Origin: a virus
Lineage: Duplodnaviria; Caudoviricetes
Virus record (IMG/VR): IMGVR_UViG_3300037424_003001
Location: 1-37,593 of that record
Strand: one strand, 5' to 3'
Length of the DNA: 37,593 bases
A program made the position numbers and the translations under genes. Below the pieces are notes generated by a model. It did not search any database and was not told the origin of the DNA. It saw only the letters and a program-made list of their open reading frames with translations. Below, piece by piece: positions 18,113 through 26,069 of the stretch. How positions within the stretch are numbered: the stretch's first letter is position 1; every line of letters starts with the position of its first letter.

Positions 18113-19340
18113 CGGAGTCCCCTTCCAGGAGGCCATCGACTTCCTGGGCCAGAAAGTCAACCTGCCGAGCCGCGCCTGGACGGACCTGAAGGAGGGGGCG
18201 CACGCCCGCTCCTTCGTCGTCGCCGGCGCCACGAAAGACAAGCTGGTCTCGGACTTCCACGGCGCGCTGGCGAAGGCGCTGAAGGACGGCACCACCAAGG
18301 CCGATTTCCAGAAGGCCTTCGACGACATCGCGGCGCGCCACGGCTGGGACTTCAAGGGCGGCCGCACCTGGCGGGCCCGCGTCATCTACGACACCAACAT
18401 GCGCACGGCCCGCGCCGCCGGGCGCTGGGCCCAGATCGATCGCCGGGCGGCCGTCGAAAAGCGACGCGGCCGGACGCTCTATCTGCGCTACGTCGCCGTC
18501 CTCGATTCCAAGACCCGGCCGGAGCATCGCGCCTGGCACGGAACGATCCTGCCGGCCGACCACCCGTTCTGGCGCACCCACACGCCGCCCAATGGCTGGT
18601 ATTGCCGCTGCACCATCCAGGTGCTGACCGAGCGCGACCTCGCCCGCTACGGCTACACGCCGACGCCCGAGAAGGACATCCCGCCGATCGCCATGGAGGA
18701 CCGCCCGGTGAAAACGCCGGATGGATCGGAGAACTGGCCGACACCGGCCGGCATCGACACCGGGTTCGGCACCAACGTCGGGCAGAGCTGGCTTTCGGGC
18801 GCCGTGCCGCCACCCTTGCAGACGCCGTTGCCGCCCCCGCCGGCGGCCCTACCCGCGATCAAGCTGCCGCCGATGCCTGCGCCGGCCAAGGTGGACCCCA
18901 AGCGCATCCTGCCGGCCGGACTGAAGGACGAGGCCTACGTCAAGGCATTCCTCGGCGAGTTCGGCGGCGACCTCGGCAAGCCGGCCGCCTTCCGCGACGC
19001 CGCCGGCCATGCCATCGCCGTCGGCGAGGAGCTGTTCAAGGACGTCCGGGGACGCTGGAAGGTGACGAAGTTGGGCCGCGAGCGCGACTCGCTTCTGCTG
19101 GCCGACGCCCTTAAGGCGCCGGACGAGATCTGGGTCGACTGGTTCTTCGTGCCCCAGCTCGGCCGCCACGTGCTGCGGCGGCGCTATCTCAAGCGGATGG
19201 CGCTACCCGGCAAGGCCGGAGGCCTGGCGGTATTCGAATGGACGTCGGAGGGGTGGAGCGGCGTTACGGACTTCACCCCGGCCGCAGCCTCCTATCTCGA
19301 ACGCCAGCGGCGGGGAGCCCTGCTCTACAGGAAAAATTGA
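18105..19340 (+). CDS. MuF (gp30) minor head protein with C-terminal PBECR2-like nuclease domain
   Basis: MuF core YVAVLDSKTRPEH..W.G..LP.DHPFW...PPNGWYCRC, Pro-rich linker, then LLADALKAPDEIW...RRRYL...GW.GVT.F...YLERQRRG.LLY. TTG start. Confidence 0.85.
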   Translation: MADGVPFQEAIDFLGQKVNLPSRAWTDLKEGAHARSFVVAGATKDKLVSDFHGALAKALKDGTTKADFQKAFDDIAARHGWDFKGGRTWRARVIYDTNMRTARAAGRWAQIDRRAAVEKRRGRTLYLRYVAVLDSKTRPEHRAWHGTILPADHPFWRTHTPPNGWYCRCTIQVLTERDLARYGYTPTPEKDIPPIAMEDRPVKTPDGSENWPTPAGIDTGFGTNVGQSWLSGAVPPPLQTPLPPPPAALPAIKLPPMPAPAKVDPKRILPAGLKDEAYVKAFLGEFGGDLGKPAAFRDAAGHAIAVGEELFKDVRGRWKVTKLGRERDSLLLADALKAPDEIWVDWFFVPQLGRHVLRRRYLKRMALPGKAGGLAVFEWTSEGWSGVTDFTPAAASYLERQRRGALLYRKN

Positions 19341-19369
19341 AACGGGACCGGCCCGCCCGATCCCGTTTC
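19332..19369 (-). terminator. Intrinsic terminator of the candidate sRNA
   Basis: 13-bp stem at 19339-19369 that is fully paired (one G-U) only on the minus strand, followed by AAUUUUU. Confidence 0.65.
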
Positions 19370-19420
19370 CGTCACCCGTCTATGATGGCGGCGGGCGCCG
19401 CGACTGCGGTGACGATGTGG
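19332..19420 (-). ncRNA. Candidate ~90-nt structured small RNA convergent with MuF-PBECR2
   Basis: Upstream TGATATAAT, nested stems and a terminator hairpin followed by AAUUUUU. Confidence 0.55.
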
Positions 19421-19425
19421 GCATT

Positions 19426-19434
19426 ATTATATCA
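19426..19434 (-). promoter_or_regulatory. Perfect extended -10 promoter element TGnTATAAT
   Basis: Plus-strand ATTATATCA reads TGATATAAT on the minus strand. Confidence 0.65.
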
Positions 19435-19676
19435 AGTCCGCCCCCAGGTTTCCAGGCGCCGGATTTTCCCGCCCGTGCGTGCGCGCCACCATGGGGGTGC
19501 CCCCACCCTAGCCAAAAATCCCTTGATCCGTTTAAAACCCCGTTTAACGGGGACGACAGGGCCTGTTGCGGGGCGATCCTCGGTCGCCAATTCGACCGCC
19601 GTTGCCGACGACCCCCGATGTGGTGTATCCCAGATGGACTGATCGGAGCCCCTCGCGAGCGCTCTGATCGCCTCGG

Positions 19677-19723
19677 GGGCGCAAGGTTGCGCCCTTATTC
19701 GTATCCCCTGCCATTGCGATGAT
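19677..19723 (+). promoter_or_regulatory. Putative activator-dependent late promoter (head operon)
   Basis: Palindrome GGGCGCAAGGTTGCGCCC at 19677-19694 and TGcGATGAT at 19715-19723; the position corresponds to Mu PI. Confidence 0.55.
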
Positions 19724-19775
19724 GCGCCTCTACGGCGGCCACGGCTGCCGGTGGCCCACTCATGGCAGAGATCGC

Positions 19776-20807
19776 ATGAAGTTTCTCACAGCCACCTGCT
19801 CGATTCTTCTCCCCGAAGGCACACCGGAGTGGGTGCACCTGATGCCGCTGGGCGCCATCAAGGGGCGCGACGGCCGCGAATGGAAGCTGGCCGACCCGCA
19901 GGCGGTGGTCACCGCGTCGTCTTCGCGCGGCATCGATGCGGTCATCGACTACGAGCACCAGACGGACCTCGCCGAGAAGAACGGCCAGCCGGCGCCGGCG
20001 GCCGGCTGGATCAAGGAGTTTCAGGTCCGCACCGACGGCATCTGGGGCCGGGTCGACTGGACGGCCCTGGCCGCCGAACGCATCCAGGCCAAGGAGTACC
20101 GCTACCTCTCGCCCACCTTCCTGCACCGCAAGTCGGGCGAGGTGGTCGCCATCCTCCGCGCGGCCCTCACCAACGTGCCCGACCTCTACCTCACCGCTCT
20201 AGCCACCGAACAGGATGATGATTCCATGGAAGAGCTTCTGAAAGCCCTGCGGGCCGCCCTCGGCCTGCAGGAGAACGCAAGCCAGGAGACGGCCATCGCC
20301 AAGGTTGCCGACCTGGTCAAGTCGGCGGCGACCGCGACCTCCGCGGCAACCGCCCTGGCGACCGCCCGCAAGGCGCTCGGCCTGGCCGACGACGCCGACG
20401 CCAAGGCGATCGAAACGGCGATCGCGACCGCCAGGCAGAAGGCCGACGTCGACCCGAAGGCCTTCGTGCCGCGCGCCGAGTTCGACCGCGTCGCCACTTC
20501 GCTGACCAAGCTGCAGACGGATCTCTCCGCCGACAAGGCGACGGAGGCCGTCGAGGCGGCCATGCGCGACGGCAAGATCGCCCCCGCGTCCAAGGATTGG
20601 GCCGTGGCCTACGCCAAGAAGGACGCGGAAGGGTTCGCCGACTACGTCAAGGGCGCGCCCGTCGTCGTCACCCCGGGCGGCGGCGGCAACCCGACCCCGT
20701 CCAAGGCCGGCTCCCCGCTGACCGAAGACGAACTGGCGACCTGCCGCCAGCTCGGCCTTACCGAAGAGGCCTTCAAGAAAACCCGTGACGCGGAGGTGAC
20801 CCGATGA
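19776..20807 (+). CDS. Mu-like prohead protease I; probable internal in-frame scaffold (Z) start at 20226
   Basis: IDYEHQT...PAPAAGWI...EYRYLSPTF...AALTNVP; C-terminal MEELLKAL...LT.DELA.CRQLGL.EE.F. Confidence 0.9.
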   Translation: MKFLTATCSILLPEGTPEWVHLMPLGAIKGRDGREWKLADPQAVVTASSSRGIDAVIDYEHQTDLAEKNGQPAPAAGWIKEFQVRTDGIWGRVDWTALAAERIQAKEYRYLSPTFLHRKSGEVVAILRAALTNVPDLYLTALATEQDDDSMEELLKALRAALGLQENASQETAIAKVADLVKSAATATSAATALATARKALGLADDADAKAIETAIATARQKADVDPKAFVPRAEFDRVATSLTKLQTDLSADKATEAVEAAMRDGKIAPASKDWAVAYAKKDAEGFADYVKGAPVVVTPGGGGNPTPSKAGSPLTEDELATCRQLGLTEEAFKKTRDAEVTR

Positions 20808-21211
20808 CCGTGCTCGCCCAAGACCGCAACACGCCTCGCCGCACCGGCGACGTGTTCTCCTTCCCGGTCGCCGCCGCGACGAAGATCTACGCCGGCGCCC
20901 TGGTGGCGCTAAACGCCGGCGTCGCCGAGGGCGGATCGACGGCCGTCAACCTGGTCGCAGTTGGCCGCGCCGAAGAGCAGGTCGACAATTCGGCCGGCGC
21001 CGCTGGCGACCTCAAGATCCGGGTCGCCAAGGGCACCTTCCGCTTCGCCAACTCGGCTGCCGCCGACGAGATCACGCTGAGCGAAGTCGGCACCTCGGCC
21101 TACATCGTCGACGATCAGACGGTCGCCAAGACCAACGGCACCGGAACCCGGAGCGTCGCCGGCACCATCGTGGACGTCGACGATCTCGGCGTCTGGGTCA
21201 AGTTCGACTAG
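20804..21211 (+). CDS. Capsid decoration/cement-like protein
   Basis: PVAAATKIYAGALV...YIVDDQTVAKT...GVWV; lies between protease and major capsid. Confidence 0.75.
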   Translation: MTVLAQDRNTPRRTGDVFSFPVAAATKIYAGALVALNAGVAEGGSTAVNLVAVGRAEEQVDNSAGAAGDLKIRVAKGTFRFANSAAADEITLSEVGTSAYIVDDQTVAKTNGTGTRSVAGTIVDVDDLGVWVKFD

Positions 21212-21223
21212 GAGCAAAGCCTC

Positions 21224-22261
21224 ATGATCAAGACCATCCTCTCCGTCGCCGTCCTCGCCCTGATCGTCGGGGTCGGCCTGTTGGCGGGCCCGGCGCCCGA
21301 CGCCTCGGCCCATGGCCTGCACGCCCTCGCCCAGGAGGGCGCCATCCCGGCGATCGGCCTGGGCGGCCTGGTCATCAACTCGGCCACCCTCAGAAGCCTT
21401 TACGTCGGCTTCAAGACCAGCTTCCAGAACGGTCTCGGCATGGCGACCTCGCAGTGGCAGAGGATCGCCACTCTGGTGCCGTCGACCACCAAGGAGGAGA
21501 AATACGGCTGGCTGGGCAAGACCCCCGGTGTCCGCGAGTGGATCGGCGATCGCGTGATCCAGAACCTGATGGCCCACAGCTACGCCATCCTTAACAAGGA
21601 CTGGGAACTGACGATCGCGGTTTCGAAGCCGGACATCGAGGACGACACCCTCGGGATCTACACCCCGCTGTTCACCGAGATGGGCCGCTCGGTCGCCGCC
21701 CATCCCGACCAGATGGTCTTCGGCCTGCTCAAGGCCGGCTTCGCCACCCCCTGCTACGACGGCCAGTACTTCTTCGACACCGACCACCTGGTCCTCGACG
21801 AGAGCGGCGAGATGCAGAGCGTCGCCAACACCGACGGCGGCGCCGGCGCGCCCTGGTTCCTGATCGATGACAGCCGCGCGCTGAAGCCGATCATCTTCCA
21901 GGAGCGCAAGAAGTTCCAGTTCGTCGCCCTCGCCAACGAGGACGATCCGAACGTGTTCTTCAAGAAGGAGTTTGTCTACGGCTCCGATGGCCGCGACAAC
22001 GTCGGCTTCGGCTTCTGGCAGTTCGCCTGGGGCTCCAAGCAGACGCTGGACGCCACCCACTATGCCGCCGCCCGGGCCGCGCTGACGGGCATGAAGGGCG
22101 ACTACGGCCGGCCGCTCGGACTGATGCCGCGGCTCCTCGTGGTGGGTCCCGCATTGGAGGAGGCCGGCCGCAAGCTCCTCAACAGCGAGACCGGCGCCAA
22201 CGGCGAGACCAACCCCTGGAAGGGCACCGCCGAGCTGCTCGTCGTGCCGTGGTTGGCGTGA
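21224..22261 (+). CDS. Mu-like major head subunit gpT with a hydrophobic N-terminal extension
   Basis: YGWLG..P.VREWIGDR, CYDGQYFFDTDH and GFGFWQFAWGS motifs. Confidence 0.93.
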   Translation: MIKTILSVAVLALIVGVGLLAGPAPDASAHGLHALAQEGAIPAIGLGGLVINSATLRSLYVGFKTSFQNGLGMATSQWQRIATLVPSTTKEEKYGWLGKTPGVREWIGDRVIQNLMAHSYAILNKDWELTIAVSKPDIEDDTLGIYTPLFTEMGRSVAAHPDQMVFGLLKAGFATPCYDGQYFFDTDHLVLDESGEMQSVANTDGGAGAPWFLIDDSRALKPIIFQERKKFQFVALANEDDPNVFFKKEFVYGSDGRDNVGFGFWQFAWGSKQTLDATHYAAARAALTGMKGDYGRPLGLMPRLLVVGPALEEAGRKLLNSETGANGETNPWKGTAELLVVPWLA

Positions 22262-22275
22262 GGGAGGACCGAACC

Positions 22276-22503
22276 ATGAAGATGATCCGCATCATTGCCA
22301 AGCCCGCCGCCGGCTTCCGCCGCGCCGGCATGTACCACCCGGCCTCTGCCGTCGACCACCCGGCCGACGACATCACGGCCAAGCAGCTCAAGGCTCTCAA
22401 GGAAGAGCCGCAGCTCGTCGTCCAGGAGGTCGATGTTCCCGACAAGTCGGCTGCCACCAAGACCGACGACGGCAAGCCGGCCAAGACCAAGAAGGATGCC
22501 TGA
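22276..22503 (+). CDS. Mu gp35/HI1506-like small head-associated protein
   Basis: GFRRAGM.H...QLKALKEEPQLVV; GGAGG RBS. Confidence 0.7.
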   Translation: MKMIRIIAKPAAGFRRAGMYHPASAVDHPADDITAKQLKALKEEPQLVVQEVDVPDKSAATKTDDGKPAKTKKDA

Positions 22504-22568
22504 AGCCCACGGCCATTGAAGCGGCCGCCGCGGACGGGCGGCGGCAGCCGAGGCCAACTCGCCCAAGC

Positions 22569-22602
22569 CCCCCGGGCGGAGCCTGTCCACTCCGCCCGGG
22601 GG
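22569..22602 (+). terminator. 13-bp GC hairpin after the capsid genes (terminator or mRNA stabiliser)
   Basis: CCCCCGGGCGGAG pairs with CTCCGCCCGGGGG; the U tract is weak. Confidence 0.45.
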
Positions 22603-22623
22603 CATCGTTTAACAGAGGCTTGA

Positions 22624-23049
22624 ATGCTCTACGCCACTCAACAGGATCTGATCGACCGCTTCGGCGAGGATGAGCTGATCCAGCTCACCGACCGGGCCGA
22701 CCCGCCAGCCGGGGCGATCGACGCCGCCGTGGCGGCCAGGGCGCTCGACGCCGCCGAGGCCATGATCGACGGTTACGTCGGCGTCCGCTACGCCCTGCCG
22801 CTCGCCCAGGTGCCGCCGCTCTTGACCGGCATCGCCTGCGACTTGGCCCGTTATCACCTCTACACCAACCAGGCGACCGAGACGGTTTCGGCGCGCCGCG
22901 ACCAGGCGGTGGCGACCCTGCGCGACATCGCGGCCGGCAAGCTCGCGCTGCCGGTCGGCGAAACCGAGACGCCGGCGCCGGCCTCTGTCGGTGTCGCGAT
23001 CGCCGGGCCCGGCCGCGTGTTTTCCTCCGACAGCCTTAAGGGTTTCTGA
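22624..23049 (+). CDS. Mu gp36-like head-tail connector (DUF1320)
   Basis: YATQQDLIDRFGEDELIQLTDR...IDGY...RYALPL...ACDLARYHL. Confidence 0.9.
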   Translation: MLYATQQDLIDRFGEDELIQLTDRADPPAGAIDAAVAARALDAAEAMIDGYVGVRYALPLAQVPPLLTGIACDLARYHLYTNQATETVSARRDQAVATLRDIAAGKLALPVGETETPAPASVGVAIAGPGRVFSSDSLKGF

Positions 23050-23050
23050 C

Positions 23051-23494
23051 ATGGCCGGCGTCGGCATCGAGATCCGACTCGACACCAAGGATATGGAAGA
23101 GGTGTTCTTGCGCCTTCAGGCGGCGATGGATGACATGACAGAGCCCATGGACGCCATCGGCGCCGGGCTCGATTCCTCCATGCTCAGCCGCTTCGAACAC
23201 GAAACCAGCCCCGACGGCGTTCGCTGGACGCCCAGCCAGCGGGCGCTGCTGACCGGCGGCCAGACCCTCACCCACCGCGGCCACCTGCGCGCCTCGGGCA
23301 CGCACATCGCCTCGCGCCATTCGGTAATGCAGGGCAGCAACCTGGTCTACGCCCATGCCCAGCACGCTGGCGGCAAGGTCGGACGCGGGCGCAAGGTGAC
23401 GCTTCCGGCCCGCCCCTTCGTCGGGGTCGACGGCGATGACCGGATCATGATCCACGACACCATCCAGGACTTCCTTGAAGAGGCCGTGCGATGA
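23051..23494 (+). CDS. Virion morphogenesis protein (Mu gpG/P2 gpS family)
   Basis: RFEHETSPDG..W...GSNLVYA..QH.GG...LPARPFVG. Confidence 0.85.
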   Translation: MAGVGIEIRLDTKDMEEVFLRLQAAMDDMTEPMDAIGAGLDSSMLSRFEHETSPDGVRWTPSQRALLTGGQTLTHRGHLRASGTHIASRHSVMQGSNLVYAHAQHAGGKVGRGRKVTLPARPFVGVDGDDRIMIHDTIQDFLEEAVR

Positions 23495-24018
23495 GCCTCG
23501 TGGATCTCCAGGACGCCGCCGTCGCCGCCATCGAGGCCCGCTTCCCGAAGCTCAAAAGCTGCGAGCGGCACTCCGGCCGCTTCGACCTCGACGAGCTGGG
23601 GCGCTTCCTCACCATGGCGCCAGCCGTGCGTGTCGCCCTGCTGTCGATCGGCGGCGCCGTGGGCGCCGATACCGGACTGGCGCAGGGGGATGCGCGGCTC
23701 GCCGCCTTCATCGTCACCCGCGACGCCGGCACTGTTTCCAAGGATAAGGCCGCGCTCGCCATCGTCGACGGCCTAGTTCCGCTGGTCGCGGATTTCGGCA
23801 GGGAGGTCCGCGCCGAGAACCTCTACTCGACGCCGGCCGGCAAGCAGGGTGTGGCGCTGTGGGCGGTCACCTGGGTCCAGGCGGCCGAGATGGGCACGCT
23901 GGTCGCCGAGGCCGGCGAGACGCCCGAGCAGCTCTATGCCAGCATGTCGCCCGCCATCGGCCTGGAGCACAAGGGAGAGTACCGCGACGTCCATACCGGC
24001 GAGGCCCCCGATGTCTAG
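23491..24018 (+). CDS. Mu gp37-like tail completion protein
   Basis: HSGRFDLDEL...APAVRVA...AENLYS...GVALWAVTW; synteny. Confidence 0.7.
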   Translation: MSLVDLQDAAVAAIEARFPKLKSCERHSGRFDLDELGRFLTMAPAVRVALLSIGGAVGADTGLAQGDARLAAFIVTRDAGTVSKDKAALAIVDGLVPLVADFGREVRAENLYSTPAGKQGVALWAVTWVQAAEMGTLVAEAGETPEQLYASMSPAIGLEHKGEYRDVHTGEAPDV

Positions 24019-24604
24019 CCGCGACATGGACCTGGCCGAGTTGGACCGACGCGTCGCCAACCTCTTGCGCATCGGCACCATTGCCGAGGCCGACTACGCT
24101 TCCGCCCGGGCGCGGGTCAAGATCGGCGACATCCTCACCGGCTGGCTGCCGTGGGGCACGCCGCGCGCCGGCGGCGACCGCAGCTGGTGGGCGCCCGAGG
24201 TCGGCGAACAGGTAATGGTGTTCTCGCCCGGCGGCGACCTGGCGCAGGGCGTGGTCGGGTCCGGGCTCTATTCGATCGCGGCGCCGGCGCCGGCGGCGAG
24301 TCCGGAGATCCGCCGCGAGGTCTACGCCGACGGCCTGGTCATCGAGCATGACCGCACCAAGAAGCTGACCCGCATCAACGCGCTCGACTCCGGCGGCACG
24401 CTCGTGCTGGAGGCCAAGAACATCGTCATCCGTACGGGCGACGGCGGCTACTACCAGCTCGACCATCACGGCAAGGCGACGCGCATCACGCACACGGGCG
24501 GCGCCAATTTCGAGGCCGATTCGTGGACGGACGGCGCCGTCGTCGCCGCCAACGCCGACCAGGGCTACAGCCCGCCCGAAGTCCCAACCCCCGAGGAGAG
24601 CTGA
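24011..24604 (+). CDS. Baseplate spike protein (P2 gpV-like)
   Basis: NLLRIGTI...TGWLPW...RAG....WWAPEVGEQV...PGGDL. Confidence 0.9.
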   Translation: MSSRDMDLAELDRRVANLLRIGTIAEADYASARARVKIGDILTGWLPWGTPRAGGDRSWWAPEVGEQVMVFSPGGDLAQGVVGSGLYSIAAPAPAASPEIRREVYADGLVIEHDRTKKLTRINALDSGGTLVLEAKNIVIRTGDGGYYQLDHHGKATRITHTGGANFEADSWTDGAVVAANADQGYSPPEVPTPEES

Positions 24605-24607
24605 CAC

Positions 24608-24787
24608 ATGGAGAAGAAGACATACACGATTGAGAAGACGACGCCGCTGCTGGGCAAGGCCGGCGGCACCGTCACGATGACCGAGCGCGGGGCCAAGTAC
24701 TGGCTGAAGGGTGGCGTGATCTCCGACCCGGCCAAGACGGCAGCCGAGGCCAAGACGCCGAAGGCCAAGAGCAACAAGAAGGGGTGA
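24608..24787 (+). CDS. Small basic hypothetical protein (59 aa, not in the ORF track)
   Basis: MEKKTYTIEKTTPLLG...KAKSNKKG; fills the gap between V and W, with AGGAG upstream. Confidence 0.6.
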   Translation: MEKKTYTIEKTTPLLGKAGGTVTMTERGAKYWLKGGVISDPAKTAAEAKTPKAKSNKKG

Positions 24788-24791
24788 GCCG

Positions 24792-25136
24792 ATGGCCGGC
24801 ACGCTGGGCATGAGCCGATCGACGGGCCAGGGGATGGATGGGCTGGAGCACCTGTTCCAGTCGATCCGCGACATCCTGACCACGCCGATCGGCACGCGGC
24901 CCATGCGGCGCGACTACGGCTCGGACCTGTTCTCCCTGATCGACCGGCCGGCTGAGCCCGGGCTCTTCATCGAGATCTACGCCGCGATCGCCGCGGCGCT
25001 GGCCAAGTGGGAGCCGCGCTTCAAGCTCACCTACGTCAAGGCGACGCGGGCCGAGGCCGGGCTGCTGGAGATCGACCTGCGCGGCCTTTACCTGGTCGAC
25101 GGCCGAGAGATCACGCTGGAAGGCGTGGTGGCATGA
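24792..25136 (+). CDS. Baseplate protein W/gp25 family
   Basis: HLFQSIRDILTTPIGTRPMRRDYGS...WEPR. Confidence 0.92.
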   Translation: MAGTLGMSRSTGQGMDGLEHLFQSIRDILTTPIGTRPMRRDYGSDLFSLIDRPAEPGLFIEIYAAIAAALAKWEPRFKLTYVKATRAEAGLLEIDLRGLYLVDGREITLEGVVA

Positions 25137-25876
25137 TGACGTCAGTCGCCCTTCCGCCTTTCGGCAATCCTCTTCGGAAGCACGAACGTGACGTCGAGAA
25201 GCAGCTTCATGAACTCGAAGAGTTCGGCGGCTTGTTCTATTGTCCCTTCGATCTCATGGACAGCGGCGTTGCCGTCCAGCCTCAGGCGATGCGCCCACTC
25301 GGCGAGCGGCTTGGTCAGCAATGCCTTCCCAAGCAGATCGTCGATCCGATCGCGAAGGTTTCGCCCCTCGCCGCCAAGCTCCTTGCAGGCGACTTCGAGC
25401 ACGGAACGACATCCCGCAAGCGCCAGTTCCGGGCTCTCCTTTCGCCGAACCATGCCTTCGATCGCAGGAATGAGCGCGCGCGCCTTGGCCGGAAATGCCG
25501 GATCATCGGCGCCCGCCGGAGCTTTCGGAAAGGTGTCAATCACCGCGTATTTTCCATCGACGAAGCCCGCTGCGACCCGGATGGACTCCTTGGCCGCGCT
25601 CTGCATCTTGATGAAATCCGCCGCAGCGACCTCGAAGACAACGAGAACGGGGCAATCGCATATCGGGCAGCCACCACTTCCGTAGCAGCGAACCGGCGGT
25701 CGATTCGAGGTCATCTCCGTTTCGGTTCGAATGTGAGGGAAGATCGGCACCCCGGTCTTGAAGCGATATTCGAAGAGATTCGAGACCGCGAGATCGACGC
25801 GGTTTCCGCAGTGAGGGCAGTCGATGCGCGGCTGAAACATGGCGAGGCTTCCCGGCGGAGAGTGGCCCATGGATGA
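25133..25876 (+). CDS. Hypothetical 247-aa ORF antisense to the DUF4145 gene (bridge ORF 2a)
   Basis: ATGA overlap with the gpW stop; its own stop overlaps the ATG at 25869. Confidence 0.3.
   Translation: MMTSVALPPFGNPLRKHERDVEKQLHELEEFGGLFYCPFDLMDSGVAVQPQAMRPLGERLGQQCLPKQIVDPIAKVSPLAAKLLAGDFEHGTTSRKRQFRALLSPNHAFDRRNERARLGRKCRIIGARRSFRKGVNHRVFSIDEARCDPDGLLGRALHLDEIRRSDLEDNENGAIAYRAATTSVAANRRSIRGHLRFGSNVREDRHPGLEAIFEEIRDREIDAVSAVRAVDARLKHGEASRRRVAHG
25142..25840 (-). CDS. DUF4145 (HEPN-like) domain protein with N-terminal Zn-ribbon; antisense moron (alternative start 25870)
   Basis: CPHC...CPIC; CRSVLEVAC...LRDRIDDL...WAHRLRLDGNAAVH. Confidence 0.85.
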   Translation of the reverse strand: MFQPRIDCPHCGNRVDLAVSNLFEYRFKTGVPIFPHIRTETEMTSNRPPVRCYGSGGCPICDCPVLVVFEVAAADFIKMQSAAKESIRVAAGFVDGKYAVIDTFPKAPAGADDPAFPAKARALIPAIEGMVRRKESPELALAGCRSVLEVACKELGGEGRNLRDRIDDLLGKALLTKPLAEWAHRLRLDGNAAVHEIEGTIEQAAELFEFMKLLLDVTFVLPKRIAERRKGD

Positions 25877-26069
25877 GACGACTATCAATCGGGCATGCAC
25901 CTCAAGGCTGTCAACCGTCTTGGGAAACACCACACCCGAGACGTCCGTTGATTCCTACATGGCGGCCATCGCCCCGATCCGGCAGGAGTTCGGTGACGAG
26001 ACCCTGATTCTCTGTCTTGCCGTTGAACTGGCGGTGGCGGAATTTCGAAACAGGGGGGCACGCGCATGA
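25869..26069 (+). CDS. Hypothetical 66-aa ORF (bridge ORF 2b)
   Basis: GGAG RBS; overlaps the upstream stop (ATGGATGA) and the gpJ start (ATGA). Confidence 0.45.
   Translation: MDETTINRACTSRLSTVLGNTTPETSVDSYMAAIAPIRQEFGDETLILCLAVELAVAEFRNRGARA

Noticed and set aside
14511-18385. Very long minus-strand ORFs (642 aa, 570 aa) and similar ones at 3479-4591, 11740-13161, 29090-30529 and 31394-32707
   Set aside because: These are shadow frames of GC-rich plus-strand genes, with no RBS, promoter or recognisable motifs.
19332-19420. tRNA gene
   Set aside because: No T-loop (TTCGA), D-loop or CCA pattern; kept as a generic structured RNA candidate.
19238-19722. ORFs 19238-19642 and 19417-19722 as a possible MuF immunity gene
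   Set aside because: Poor starts, P/R-rich non-protein-like sequence, not coupled to the MuF stop, and overlapping promoter and hairpin elements.
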